64,000 nucleotides of DNA from Lama glama (GCA_028534125.1 CM052818.1:14138001-14202000); one strand, 5' to 3'. Shown: positions 1-16,110, numbered from the stretch's first letter. The notes: generated from the letters alone by a model not told the origin. Numbers and translations: made by a program.

Positions 1-739
1 GAAATGCTGAAGAGGCTGATGTCATCTCCAGAGCAGGCTGGTAGGGGTCCTTCTAAACACTGCAAGAGGAGTCCTGCCTCACAAAGCAATGAGCCTGTTC
101 TGCGCAGAGCAGTGGATAGTCAGTAGCAGCCCTGGCTCACGAGATGACACAGCTGGTTGAGGTTCTCCTTCTGCTACTAACTAGTGCTGGGCCTGATGGC
201 TCCCCCCTCACCTGATCTCCGGTGTAAAGCTGGGTAACGTGCTGTGCTTGTTTCTCAAGGTGACTGAGGCTCAATAGGATTTTTAAACCTCTCTTGGTTG
301 TGGATTAATATCCACAGTGATAGATAAGAACTCCAGTGATGAGCTGGAAGTTATGAGTTAAAAGACCTATGGAATCAAGGTCATTCTAACCTGATTATAT
401 GCAGTGGACACCGTGGGCTGTTCAGCAGCTCCTACTGAAATCCGTCGTCTTGGGTCTCTCCCTCACATGTCCCTCCACCCAGCAATGCTCAGAGTAGCCA
501 CCACACGCCCTTGGCGTCTCACAATCCCAGGACAGCTCTAGTGGGGACATAAGCCCATCAAGGTGTGGGTTGGGAGTCACCAGAGACTAAATACCTTATA
601 CTTGGGAAGTCCTCGTCCTCATAAGAACTCACTGAATCTCCTGTCCACTCCCCCCTCCCCCCGTGCCCCTGGGAGGGGCTGACACCTGAGGGGAGGCAGG
701 CGGGGGTGCAGGCCAGGCCTGGGCATCAGAGCCAGGTTA

Positions 740-925
<186 letters not shown>

Positions 926-1243
926 TCAATTCCCCGCCTCCCAGGACCCTCCTTCACCCATGGGGCTCCCGTTTGGTCTGGTCTTCTCTGTTAGCCAGTG
1001 CTTCACTGGCCTCGTGTCTCATTCTCGCCCCACTTATGGCCATTCTGTCCACCCCCCCCCCCCATTCTCCTGGCTTCCAGGATTTCCACTCCTGAGGGAG
1101 ATGAGAAGGTTGGGTGTTGCCAAATCTCCACAGGGATGTGACAAGAGTCCTCTTGTTCTAGGTTTTAGATGGCCATCTAGATGCGGCCACGGTCCTGGCA
1201 GACTACAGAACAGAGAGCCTGCAGGCAGTGCAGGGAGACTCTA

Positions 1244-1489
<246 letters not shown>

Positions 1490-2044
1490 TCATGTAGCTC
1501 TTCTGGCCTGACAGCATCTGTCCCCTCCCCTCTGGACACCTGGCCCAACTCTTAACTATTCTCTGCCCCAGTTCCCTTTATCCCCCAAAGAAATGTTACC
1601 TCCATCTTTGATTCTCTTCCTCTTCCCTACAGTGTTTCTGAGCATATGTAGGTTTGAGAGAAGGTGGGGGGGGCTCCCTCAAGCTCACAGGTTGGTGGTC
1701 TCTTTTGAACTGGCAAGGCACTGTTACCTGGCAGTTCTAACCTTAGGGGCTGGAGGCGGCCTCCCAGTCTACCACGGGACTTGGCCAAGAGCTGGGAGAT
1801 GGTTTCCCTTTGACCTTGCTGGATGGGGCTGGGGCTGGGTAGGACAGATTACACAAAAAGAGAGACTTTGCATTTCAAAAGCCCAGGCTGGTAGCAAGAA
1901 TCCTTCTGCCCCCACCCCCCAAAGGAAAGACAGCCCTGTCTCTAAGCCACTTCAGATCCCAGCCACACACACACTTGGAGGCTGAGCCTGGGACAAGAGT
2001 CTCCCTTGTGACCTTTTCCTCAAGAAGGGTTTTCGTCCAGTCAC

Positions 2045-2148
2045 CTTGTCCAGGAGGCCCAGGTGATCTTCTCAATGACCATGGCTTCGGTTACCTGCTT
2101 CCCCAGGGGGACCTCGTGCACCTGGCGCTTGTAGGCTCCTGTTGACAC
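2045..2148 (-). CDS. EML6: EML6 coding exon (104 nt, phase 0-2)
   Basis: ttgcag|GTG...CAAG|gtgact; VSTGAYKRQVHEVPLGKQVTEAMVIEKITWASWT(S). Confidence 0.93.
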
Positions 2149-2371
2149 CTGCAAGTGGAAGGCAGCCATGCCCGTCAACCTTCTTTCCTGTCCAAAGGGA
2201 ACAGGTGTCTTTGCCTTTGGGTGTACTGTTTCCCAGCCTCCACAACCCCAGGACTTTTCACTGAACCCAAGTTCAGCTCCAGGCTGCCAAGCCTGTGGTC
2301 AGCCCAGGGCAAAATTTACACAAGCAGGGTGTTTTTCCATCCATTTTCTCACTATTTCCAAAGCCCTAAAG

Positions 2372-2553
2372 CAGTGGTACTCCAAGTGTGGCTCTGGACC
2401 AGCAGCATCAGCGTCACCTGGAACCTTGTTAGAAACGCACATTTTGGGGCCCCCACCCCAGACCTACGCACTCAGGCTCAGGGTGGGCCCGGCAATCTGT
2501 GTTAACAAGGCCTCCAGGTAACTCTAATGCTCACTCAAGTCTAGGAATCTCTG
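2372..2553. mobile_element. MER5A-like hAT-Charlie DNA transposon remnant
   Basis: cagtggtactccaagtgtgg...accagcagcatcagcgtcacctggaaccttgttagaaacgcaca...ccccaccccagacctac resembles the recalled MER5A consensus. Confidence 0.75.
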
Positions 2554-2827
2554 TTCCCAGAGGACCAAGGTCCTTGGGTACAGAGCTGAGGCAAGTTTCC
2601 TCGTGGACAGCCAGTGATACAGATGATTTCTGAAGTATCTTGGACCTGATCCTAGCTTCTCTGGGGACCTTCTGGAAGAAACTGATCACTTGCCAGAAAA
2701 TGGCTGCTGCCTCCATCTCCAGACCCCTCGCCCTGCAGGGGTTGCCTCTAGCCCGGCCACCCCAGACTTTCCTGCTGTTCAGGAATGAGCCGAGATCCCT
2801 CCCACAACTGGGCCTTCACGCATAAGG

Positions 2828-2857
2828 CCTGGAACCTGGAACCTGGAACCTGGAACC
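2828..2857 (+). repeat. Short tandem repeat (CCTGGAA)x4
   Basis: cctggaacctggaacctggaacctggaacc read directly. Confidence 0.9.
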
Positions 2858-3702
2858 GTGTTCCCGCCCCTCTGTTGCCCAGCTCTTACACACCCTACAG
2901 CCTTCAGCGTAAATATCTGTGTGGAGAGAAAGTCAATCCAAACTCCGTGCTTGGTAAGCTCCCAGAGCACACTGTACTTTTCCTTCTCAGCACATAACCA
3001 CAATTTGTAGTTGTATGTACATTTTGTGATGATTTGTTTGATGCTCAGCTTCTCCACGACAAGACACGTTCCAGGGGAGTGGGGACCAGGCCCATTTTGT
3101 CCACCCAAAAGCCTAGCAGAGTGCCTGGTTCAGTAAACATTTGATGAATGAACGACACTCTCTTCTCCCCACAATGACTACCAATTCCAGGCCGGCTCAC
3201 AAACACATGCTATTTGTTCAAAGTGCTAGAGAAATCATTCTATTTTCAGCTCTAAGTGCCAAGGCAGGGACTCCTCCCCACTGGTCAGTCCCCCACGGCC
3301 AGTGATGGGCTCACTCCAGGCTCACTGTTTGGAGTCCGGGTCCTGAGTGTGGAAGGACCACACTACCCAGTGGGATCTGGAATTGAAATCAGTAAGTATA
3401 GGAAGCAACCCAGGCTCTGGTGCAGCCCCAGAGAATGAGGGATTAGACAGCTCTGCAGGGGCAGGGCTGAGAGGAGGATCAGAGATGAGGGCTTGTGTTT
3501 CCTGCTTTCCTACTGAAGAATAAGTCTACTACTTTAAATTCTATTCAACTTTCTTAAATTCTCTATGCCTCTGTTTTTTCATTTATAAAACAGGGGAAAG
3601 TAACAATACTTAAACGGTTCCTGTGAAGAGTCAATTGGCAAACTGCCCAGCACACAGTCAGCACTGAACTCATGTAAGCCGCTGTCAGTGCTACTCTTAC
3701 TA

Positions 3703-3915
<213 letters not shown>

Positions 3916-4341
3916 TCAAGAGCACGGTCTGTGAGGAGGGCTGTTTGGGGCTGGTCGGGCACGAGGTCTGCTCTGGACAGGCCTCCCAAGCTCAAAGGCG
4001 ATGAGACCACTCCTCCCGGTTCACAGATGGTGAGCTTCTCCTATGGGCTACGGAATCTGACAGCTTCTCTGTATCAAAGCCCCTCAAAATAAGGAAATGG
4101 ATGCATACAGCCTTCTGCAGAACGGTGTTTCACAGGAAGTTTTTTTACCACACTCTCAGGGAAATGAGCAAAGACAGGTCAGAATTAACATGTGAGAGGG
4201 CCTCCTTCCAAAGCTGGCTCATTGAAAAGGACCTTCTCACAGCTGAGTTCTTCATTCCAGCCATGACCCTGCTCCAACGGGACCCACGGGAGGGAGGACA
4301 CCCGCCCTTTCTCCTCCCTGCCCAGACCACCTGCTATGTAC

Positions 4342-4514
4342 CTGATATCCTGGATAGCACACTTCCTGTCTCGTTTCTTCCCCCAGACTTTCAGGCTGTT
4401 CACTAACAAGATGACAAACTCTCCGTTCTTCATGCCAATGGCCACCATCTCCCCGTTAGGGCTGTAGGCTGCACATCTGGCCGCGTGGCCCAGGCTCACC
4501 TTGTTGAGTAGTTT
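4342..4514 (-). CDS. EML6: EML6 coding exon (173 nt, phase 0-2)
   Basis: atgtag|AAA...TCAG|gtacat; KLLNKVSLGHAARCAAYSPNGEMVAIGMKNGEFVILLVNSLKVWGKKRDRKCAIQDI(R). Confidence 0.93.
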
Positions 4515-4723
4515 CTACATTGACACAAAGTAGCACCACCTGAGCCCTTGGCCACCTTGGCTGGTCTCCTGGGAAGTCCTGCCCCCAGGCTGGAGCCGTC
4601 AGGCCGCCTCTGCTGCCTGGGGAGGCCTCCTAACCTCTGGCTTCTCAGAGTAAGTGTCCCTGAGTGGCCAAGGCGGCCAGTATGTTTTGACTGAGCAGCT
4701 TGGGAGACAACATGTTTTAGGGT

Positions 4724-4930
4724 GGGAGTTGGTGAACTTTTTCTGTGGGCGGTTTGGTGGTTAATATTTTTAGGCTTTGGGGTCCCTATGGTCCCTTACA
4801 ACCACTTGGCTCTGCCGACGTAGCCTGAAAGTAGCCATGGGCGCCAACAGAAACGGAAGAGCATGTCTGGCTTTGCAAAGACGGGCAGTGGGCAGACCTG
4901 AGCCTCGGGCCGCAGCCTGCTGACCTCCTG
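4724..4930. mobile_element. MER58A-like DNA transposon remnant, followed by a MIR-like fragment (~4940-5130)
   Basis: ggagttggtgaactttttctgt...taatatttttaggctttg...ggcagtgggcagacctgagcctcgggccgcagcctgctgacctcctg resembles MER58A. Confidence 0.6.
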
Positions 4931-5673
4931 CTCAGGGCAAAGGGCTTGCGCTTCGGCATCGGTTAGTTCAGATCCCGACTCCTGGCCTTGTCCCTAGCTG
5001 GGCGTTTGGCTAAGTTACTTCTCCATTTTCCCACGTGTAGAGAAGCGATATTAATACTGGTCTTGCAAGGATGTAGGCATTAATGACAGTGTCTGTGCAG
5101 CATCTGTATGTAGTAGGTATTAATAAACATAATAAATAATTAGGAGTTAACAAGTGTGAGTATAACAACCACACTTTGGCTTTTCCATGTCTGTTCTTTG
5201 ATTCTTACCCTGAAAACATGACTGAAACATTTACTAGCCATTTTGTAATGAAACCAAGTATTTTAATTATTAGAACCTAACTACTTGTTTTAATATCAGC
5301 TAAGGCTTAGTCACATTAACCTCTCCCCACCACCAGATCATTCCTTGCTTTTTTACATTTTCATTCCAGATGAGTCTTTTTGGAAATTTTTTGAATTTTT
5401 AAATTGTTTTTCCAAACTCTAAGAGAAACTTTGCTGGGATTTTGATTGAAATGTTCCACTTGAGAACATCTGACATTTTAAAATCATTTTTAGTCTTCCC
5501 ACCCAGGGAAGACATAACTTGTCTAAGTTTTTTAGTTTTGTGGGTTCTTTCTTGACAAGAGAATAACCGTTCTCAACTAGATTTTTCCTGGGCTATAAAT
5601 ATTCGTAGATGGATACACAGCTAAAAGGTCTACGTATAGACTGGGGGCGTGTGAATGGGCCTCCTTATCATTA

Positions 5674-6027
<354 letters not shown>

Positions 6028-6040
6028 TCAAAACACTATT

Positions 6041-6340
6041 AGGAAAAAAAGACAAATACTGTAGGATCCCAGTCATATGAAGGGCCTAGAGTAGTCAAAT
6101 TTATAGAGACACAGAGTAGAATGGTGGTTGCCAGGGGCCGGGGCAAAGAGAGTTACTGTTTAGTAGATGCAGAGCTTCAGTTTTACAGGATGAAAAGCGT
6201 TCTGTGGAGGGATGGTGGTCATGGTTGCACAGCAATGTGAACGTAGTTAATACCGCTGACCTGCCCACTTAAGAATGGTTAAGTGGTAAATTTTATGTTC
6301 TCTACATTTTGTCACAATTTAAAATAAAATAATTTTTAAA
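6041..6340 (+). mobile_element. L1 (L1MB-like) 3' UTR fragment
   Basis: aaagacaaatactgtaggat...tagagtagtcaaatttatagagacacagagtagaatggtggttgccagggg...gtaaattttatgtt plus an A-rich tail; same family text as 54380-54670. Confidence 0.8.
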
Positions 6341-6661
6341 AGACACTATGAGCAACCTGGGAAAGTGCCTTCACTGGCACTGGTATTGAAGCAGGAAGAG
6401 CCAAGAGGTGTTTTGTTTTTAACTACTTTGTCCATCCTTCAGCGACCCCCTCACTTGGTCCTTTCTCACTCCCCCATGCTGGGGGACTCCACCGGAGTTC
6501 TCCATCCTCTCGTCTCTGCTGGGACGTTCCAGGCACTGCAAGCTCACTGCAGAGCAGGGCAGCCAACCTCTGTTCTTGGACAGCTCAAACGCTTCCTAAG
6601 TTCTCCCTCGCACTGAACAAAAACCCATCTCTTGATGACTTTCAGGTTCTGGCTTCATCGC

Positions 6662-6735
6662 CCACTTGTCTAATCACCCTTCCAGATACACCATCTTCTT
6701 CCACTTGTCTAATTACCCTTCCAGATACACCATCT
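6662..6735 (+). repeat. Tandem duplication of a 35-bp unit (6662-6696, 6701-6735; 1 mismatch)
   Basis: ccacttgtctaat(c/t)acccttccagatacaccatct occurs twice. Confidence 0.9.
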
Positions 6736-7499
6736 ATCTACTTAAAAACAAAACTCCCAGTTTCAAATTACGCAGACTCCAAGTCAGGTTGGCCTTTTTA
6801 ATGGAAAGCATCTAGAGAGCAAATTCTTAGACTGATCCCAATTCCAAAACATAAACACGAGGTATTAAATCGAGGTTAGGAGATTTGTTTTCAAGTGCCT
6901 CAGAATCTCCTGAGGAATTAAAAAAATAATTAAAACTAAAAAAGGAAAATACTCTTCAAGGCCCCACCCCTGAGATTTGATTTGCCACTGTGGGTGGGAG
7001 CCTGGACATCTTGGTTTAAAAAAACCGAAAAAACAAAACAAAACCCTTCACAGTTGTGTTTGATGCTCAGCCCAGGCACGCCTTGAAAACCAGAGGCTCT
7101 GAGTCAGACAGTTGGCAGTCCTGACTCTCCCCTTCCTGGCTGTGTGACGTGGGCAGGGGCAAACCATTCCTATCTCTGTGCCTGTAACAGTACCGTCTAT
7201 GCTGAGGGCCGCAAACACCTACTGACTGTGGCCATGTGCCGGCCACAGTGAAAGGCCCTGAGCATGCGTGATGCATGCGATCCTCCCAACACCCCATCTG
7301 CCGGACACAGAAAGGCTCAGTAACACGCCGCGTCACGCGGCCAGCCCTCCCGGGGGAGTTGCAGTTTGCACCCAGGTCAGTCTGCCTTTGCTAAACTTCC
7401 TCCTCTCTGCAGTCTGAGTCATACCCTGGAGGCTGGTTTTAAGGATTCCAGCACCCAGAACAGGGCAAGCATCTGGCCGGGAGGGTCTGTGCTAACTCA

Positions 7500-7673
<174 letters not shown>

Positions 7674-8302
7674 CTAGCATGTTAACCCTCGTCCTGAGAC
7701 CACTCCTCCCTGCTCTCCCGTCATCTCATCCAGGTCCCGGCCCCTCACACCGGGCCCAGCAGGACAGACCCTTTCATCAGCCCTGCTAACGGCTCCCCTA
7801 CCCCCCCGCAACCCCTCGAACTTGCAGATTCCCTGGAACACTTTCAAATGCCACAATCATGGAAGGAAAGAGAATGGTAATTAAAAAAAAATTAAGCTAT
7901 GTTTTTATTAGATTGAACAGGAAAAGCAAAGTTTCTCCTGTTTTCCTGCTTCACTTTGACATCATCCTGGTGGGGACCAGTCTCTCCCCTCTTCTCATCC
8001 CTCCTCCCTCGTCCCCAAGAGCTACTGACAGCAACACCTGATGGACAGCAGAGTCACAGGGTCTGTTCTAGAACACCTCTCTGGTTTTTAAACTACCACC
8101 ACACCACCTCTCTCCTTCCCTGGTCCTGACTTCTGAAGGTTCTGCCCCAGGGCCCTCTGGGAAAGACAGCAGACTCGTCTCCCTCATGCAGAAAAAAACA
8201 GGAGAGGAAAAATCTGCATTTTCTCCAAGTTGAAGATGCTTCTGTCATTATCTCCCAAGACAATAACCAAAGACCAGTTGTTCCCAGAGGAGCTTTGGCT
8301 TA

Positions 8303-8623
<321 letters not shown>

Positions 8624-9191
8624 CTAGAAGCATACAATAAGGAAACCACCGGGCTTGCCATTCACTCTGTTGAGTCAGTTTTGGGGACAGTTCATTTCCC
8701 CACTGGGTGTAGCTCTGCTTTTAAATGAACTTGATTCTGTGAGCAGCCCCAGGGGACAACAGGGGAAGGGGCGGGATCCAGCCTAAAGGAAACCTTCCTG
8801 GGCTGGTCTACAAGGTGAGTAAACCCACAGCCGGAGGACCAAGCGCTGGCTGTGTTCCAAAATGTCCCAGGTGAGCTTGTGTTGGCTGAGGGCACCCCAA
8901 AGCCTACGTGAGGGTGTCAGTGAGGGGACTTGTGGTACGAGAGGGCACAGGTGGGGAAAAGGGATGCTGTCCAGTGGTGGGAGTGTCCCCACAGCTCTGC
9001 GGCCATCTAGCCTGGTCGTCCGGGCTTGCAAGTCAGTCTGTCTCTGGAATAACGAAACTCCTGCCCTCGGTGGAGTCTGGCTTTTTTCTGATTAACATTT
9101 TAGGGGGAAAATGGGGAAAAAATACAATCAACTCATCCACCTGTGCTAAGAAAAGGGAATAACGGTTGCAAATAAGCCAGTAAAGGAGTTA

Positions 9192-9719
<528 letters not shown>

Positions 9720-10134
9720 CTAACAGAATGCCCCTCCCTGCACTCTTCCCCAGGTCCATGAGCCACATCCAGGCATCTGTGAACACAGCAGGGAAGGATG
9801 GCCCAGGAGATAGAAGCTTCTAGATATGAGAAAAGGGCAAAAGGCTTAAGGGCATCTTCCATCTGGCCAACTCCAATCTCCAGCATCGCCACTGGGTTCA
9901 CCCCACAGGACCAGTGTCACTGGAGACTCACATTCCTTTAGACAGTTTGTTTTGCTCCAAGATTCTCTGCCTTTAATTTCTTTAAAAAGTTCCTCATATT
10001 CCTTTTTCTTTCATGGTTTTTAGGTTTAGAATTTTTACCTTTTATATTTTATTACTAGTCTTTTTCCTCAACCCCATTTATGTTTTTTTTAGTCTCCTGA
10101 CTTTTATTTAATCTTTGCCTTAATCAAATCCCAA

Positions 10135-10340
10135 CTCCACTGTTTGTTTGTAGAACAACTTTGGAAAAGTTATTTTACTCTCTTTATGCCTCAGTTTCCT
10201 CACCTGTAAATCGGGGATAACAGTTCCCATTTTCTAAGCTGTTGTGGAGACTAAAACAATTGATACAAGGGAAGCCCTTAGAACGGTGCTTGATGCACTG
10301 AGGGTTCTCCACGGAGTAACCACAGTATTGTTATCACTCT
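10135..10340. mobile_element. MIR SINE fragment
   Basis: MIR core: gcctcagtttcctcacctgtaaatcggggataacagt. Confidence 0.7.
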
Positions 10341-12877
10341 TTTAGCTCTTTTGGCTTCTAGTCTTTTATCCTGTATTTTATCCATCTATTTTTATCTCAT
10401 CATTACTTTCCAGCTTTTGAGTTTTTAATGTTTATTTTAAATATCTTTTCTTCCCATTTTCTTCAAACTTGTTCTTAATGTCTTAGCTCCAACTTCCTCC
10501 TCCTCATCTCCTCTCCCTATCGTATTTACTCACATGTTTTTTCCCTCCCCTTTTCCTCCTCCCTCCGTTTTTACCTGGCTTTCTGTTAGCGAGCTGGTGG
10601 CGGTGGTTCTCACACGGCTGGGCCAGCACAGCCCTGACACTCCCTCCCGGAACCCCTTCCCAAGAGTGGCTGGGGAGACCCATGGGTCACCCCTCACGGC
10701 AGAAATTCTCTCTCTGCAGATGGAATGCCTGGCTTATTGGAACAGATTCCCCACTACCTAGGGCCCAGAGGTTTTAAAACCCACAGTCCCCAATGGTACC
10801 GTAAACTAAGTTAAAAGACAAACAACAGACTGGGAGAAAACACGTACAACGTTCTAAGAAACAAAGAATTAACATTAATAACTAGTAAAGAACTACAAGG
10901 TGTAAGCAGAAGACAAACAACCCTCCCAAACCCACAGTGGAAAAAGGATCTGAACAGCTGAATTGCAGAAAAAGCAGTATAAGTGGACAACAAAGAGATG
11001 GAAAGAGGACTGATTCCAGCAGTCACGGGGAAAATGCAAAATAAACAACTAAGATGCACATTTCTTTTAAGCCACTGTTTGCTTTCTCCTTGTTTTAATC
11101 TCATGGACACTTCTAATTGTGGCGATGCCTGTCCCCCTCTTTGCATTGGCTTCTAGGTTGCTCAGAACAAATTTCATACAAGTATCTAGGACCTGACAAC
11201 ATTCATTTTATAGATTAAGCCCATTTTTTTACTCTATCTAATTCTGTTTCTTACACACACACACACCCCCAAGAATTCCACAAAACAACTTGCTAAAGAC
11301 AAATGAGAAATGAATAATATGCTCTCTGATCATAATAAAAGTAGGTATGAACCTCCCCCTAAACCATATTATTTATCTGTAAGCAGGACTTGAAGTGAAG
11401 GCAAAAACCACACACAATCAGTTCAGAAAAGCTGTGGCTGGTAACAGGCTGTTACATTATCACTAACTCACAACTGTTCTGTACAGACCCACGCACCGGT
11501 TCCGACAAAGACAATGGGAGCAAGTTACCAAAGAGAATTCTTCTCTTTTTCTGGGAGCTTATTTAAGTCCTGGCTCCTTCAAACCACCTTTGGGAGGTCA
11601 GAAGGGGCCCCAGGTGAACAAGAGGCAAGGCAGGTGCAGGTACTGGGCTGGTGCACAGCCAGAGCGGATGCTGCCCAGAAGGACAGGTGGGGAAGTGAGG
11701 ACAGTGAGCCTGAACTGAAAAGGACAAGACACGATAGAGTCTAATATGATAACTTTCTTCCACGGAACTAGGAATAGACTTGATCTTGGCTACCCTGAGA
11801 GTACAGTTACTACTGAGGAAGAGGAACTATGAGTCAAGTCACACCCTCACCTAAGGGCTTTGCAAGAGCTTTGCAACAGTGGATGGGCTGGCTTGTGAAG
11901 TGACGCAGGCCACATCCTTGCAAGTAATCAAACGGAGAGCAGCAGTCAGCCGTCAGGCATGCACTCGGAGGGATTTCTCCATGGATGGATCCTGACTGGG
12001 CAGGAAGACTTCTCCAGCCCTGCCGACTCTAAGATGCTGTAAGTCTATCATTTAAGATGCTCAATTTCTCATCTGAGGCTGAGTTCATTTAATCAGCTGT
12101 CCATTTGACATCACAAGGAATGACCTGCATCCCCGAGATACAGATTATAGGGCCGTTTGGACACAACATACCGATGAACAAGGAAGTGAGAAATGGACGG
12201 ATTATGACAAGTGAGTCTCACCATAAACACCTGCAGGTCCCCATCCTCTTCCCCCGACACGGGCTCAGGAGGGATTAGCACTTTCCTCTCACTGGGCTCA
12301 TCTCTTTACAAGTCCCCGCTCACGGCCCCCTCCGTGGGAGGATGTGGAGATAATGGGACACCAGGAGCCCTGGATTGGAGAAGTGCCACCTCTGCATGCC
12401 AGGCTCAGCGTGCCCCAGATACAAGCGCCCTGGCCGGAGACAGACCTCATTAACGTCTTAACTAATTGGATCTGCTTTTGCCAACCTGAGAATATACTCA
12501 GAAGACTGCACATCATGGATTTGAAGATGAGCATCAACTTAGCGGCAGCCTGTGTGTGCACATGTGTTGGGGGAGGACAAGAAAAAAATCCTGTTAAACC
12601 TTAATTATCAGGTGAATCCCCATTTCACAAAAGTTAAAATGTGGGGGAAAAGTGTTTCTGAGACTATGGTGGGAATACCCATCCCAGTTCCTGCAATAAG
12701 GCAACGAGGGTGACAAAGCTGTGGCAGAAGCAAGATCCAGGGGTCACCGGAAGGACAAGAGTTTGGGTAGGCACGTTAAGGTCAGGACAGAAATGGTGGA
12801 GGATAGTTCACAAAGACCCTTCATCAACCAGCCCAGAACTCCCATGACCATGGGGGCAGGGACACAGCAGTGGCTCA

Positions 12878-13273
<396 letters not shown>

Positions 13274-13566
13274 CTAAAAGCCTCTTTAAGACTAGTGTCC
13301 AGGGCGTTTCAGCAGTGGGGGCTGAGAGACCTACACCCTGGCCTGGCTGGGGGTGAGACAACGGGAAACATCTGCTGTGCTTTTAGAGGCAGAGGCCTAA
13401 GGGCATTTGTGTTCAACACGCATACCCGAGGAGGAATTTATACAACGGACACCAGTGAGGTCAATGATTTGTATCTGCAACTCAGCCAGATACAATCAGC
13501 AAACATGATACATCGACACCGTTTTGCTGTGCAGATTCAAACTACTCACGGATGGAACAGCCTTAC

Positions 13567-13587
13567 CTGGGGTCTCCGTAATATCAC
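13567..13587 (-). CDS. EML6: Candidate 21-nt microexon (phase 1-1), encodes (G)DITETP(G)
   Basis: ttgccattgctcacccactgcag|GTGATATTACGGAGACCCCAG|gtaagg; consensus splice sites, frame-preserving, UGC-rich acceptor. Confidence 0.78.
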
Positions 13588-14147
13588 CTGCAGTGGGTGA
13601 GCAATGGCAATGAGGAAGCGGCAAGGGAAAACAATAGCTAAAATAAGTCATGTTTCTATGAGTGAGGCACTCAACACCAGCATCAGAAAGTTCCAAAGTA
13701 AATTTAAAAATGGGCATGGGTTCAACGAAAACAAGCAGGAAGACATGTTTACAAACTGCCTTTGAGATGACAAAGTTAAAAAAAAAATAACTTTTCGCAA
13801 ATGTGAATCCGTTCACATTTGCTGTTGGCAGTTCCCTAGGGTAAGAAGAGCCAGGCGCACACGTCGCAGGCCACCCTTGCCAAGCACAACCTCCAGGCTT
13901 CAGATGCAGGCTCTGCATCCGACACCTGGGCGCTGAGAAATTGCTCTCGCACATCCCCAGGGATGGGGGCCACCCATCTACTTGGATGATGAGGCGCTGG
14001 TCAGACTTTATGGTCTCTCAGAATCACCAATCATTGGATGCATCAACTCAGGCAAGACACATACATCCGGGGCTCAAAAAAATCAACAGCGACATGGGAA
14101 AGGGTGGCCATCAGTCACGTGCCCGCAGACTCTCCCAGTAATTGCTA

Positions 14148-14345
<198 letters not shown>

Positions 14346-15282
14346 TCAGGACAACCCCAAAGCTTTGTGTGGAGACTCTGGAAATGTTTTGTAAAAGTAA
14401 GAGCTTAAAGCATCAAATTCTCACTTTCAGAATCACTGCTGGGGGGGATGGGAGATCACCTCCCACATCTGCATCCTCTGTGCCAGGTTCAGGAGGAGAG
14501 CCGGAGCCTGCTATCTAATCCTCATCTAACACACAAGCTCCACGCCAATCCTTCTGCTTCCAGCGTGGGGCCAGGGCACAGTCCGAGCACAGAGGCTTCC
14601 AGCGTCCAGACTGTCTCCTCCTCCCCTCAGTCTAGGACACTGTCTTCCCCTGGGTGGGGGAGGGAGCTGGAGATAGTGCTATCCTGAGCAAAATGGCACC
14701 ACTTACTCACCGGAAAGGGAAGACTGAAATAGGACAATACTTAGGAAAGCCCTTTTAATCGTCTTTATTCATCAAAGTGCTAATCCACTGAGAGCCTGGA
14801 TGGCATCAGTGATGGCTTCACCCTGGAAGCCCTAACTTGACATGTGTCACAGAAGTGAAAGAAAGGATAAGAAAAACTTTATTGTCTACTGAAGCACACC
14901 GGTTTGTTGACTGCCCAAGTGGCCACTGTAAACCCACCCAAACGCATAGGAACTGAGAGGTGAGTGATGGCTTCCAACACAATTGGAAATAGCACTTTGT
15001 TACTAACCTGGAAATATGTGGCTGGAAAATTGAGAAAAACGTACAGAAAATTCCAAGGCCCTCCTCCCCATAGAAGACAAATTATTATGTGCCCCATGAT
15101 TTTACTGTCTTTTTCAGACTAGGCATGAACTACACAGAATTAGGAAGGAATATAAAAATTTGAGGGGAAAAAAAAGGTTTAAAATATGAAGCAAATAAGG
15201 CAACATGTTAACATATTTAAATCTGGTGGTAAAGATAAGGTGTTGGTTGAAACAATTTCTGAATGCTTCTTTTTGCTTGAGG

Positions 15283-15452
15283 TTTTTTTTTAAAAAAAAT
15301 AATGTATTTATTACTGTATTGTTTAATTATTTTATTTTGGCAGGGAGGGGAGATAATTAGGTTTATTTATTTTTGGAGGAGGTACTGAGGATTGAACCCA
15401 GGACCTCACGCATGCTAAGCATGCGCTCTACCACTTAAGTTATACCCTCCCC
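15283..15452 (-). mobile_element. tRNA-derived SINE, camelid Vic-1-like
   Basis: Minus strand reads ggggagggtataacttaagtggtagagcgcatgcttagcatgcgtgaggtcctgggttcaatcctcagtacctcc (A and B boxes), then aaataaataaacctaattatctccc and an A-rich tail. Confidence 0.75.
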
Positions 15453-15954
15453 ACAAGGTGTTTCTTTTTAAACCATTTTTTAAATTTCAGTCATGCTATA
15501 GTTAAGGGACATTTTAGGTATTTTTATTTATTGTTTCATAGTCATTCTCACTGTAAATCTGGTTACAGAGTCAAAACCAACAAAACTTGGAAATATGAGC
15601 TGCTAAATAGATGGTGACTTAAAATCCAATGAGAAAAGTTCCCCCACGTCTTGTCCCCGGTTACTGTCCACTCCCTACACCCACTTTCTGACTTCCCTCC
15701 ATCCCGGCTAAGCATCCGTGGAGCTGATGAAACACGGATCCCTCCCTTCCAGGGCCTCAGACAGACGCGACTGGGTGAGAGCTGGACACAAAGAAGGCCT
15801 GACTCTGAGAATGCGGGCCCGAGCACTTCTAGGACTAAATGACACGGCTCCAGAACGTAGGGGAGTGTCTCTAAAGGAAACAGAATGCTTAAGCTTTGGG
15901 GCATCTAACCAGTGGGAAAGCGCATAAAAGGGCTAAAATAAAAGCCTCTGTTCA

Positions 15955-16110
<156 letters not shown>

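Noticed and set aside
6662..6735. 35-bp direct repeat as a CRISPR-like array
   Set aside because: Only two copies, a 4-nt gap, no spacers or cas genes, and mammalian context: a simple tandem duplication.
15375..15452. tRNA gene
   Set aside because: It has A/B boxes but is followed by a SINE body and A-rich tail, and the A box is mutated, so it is a SINE head.
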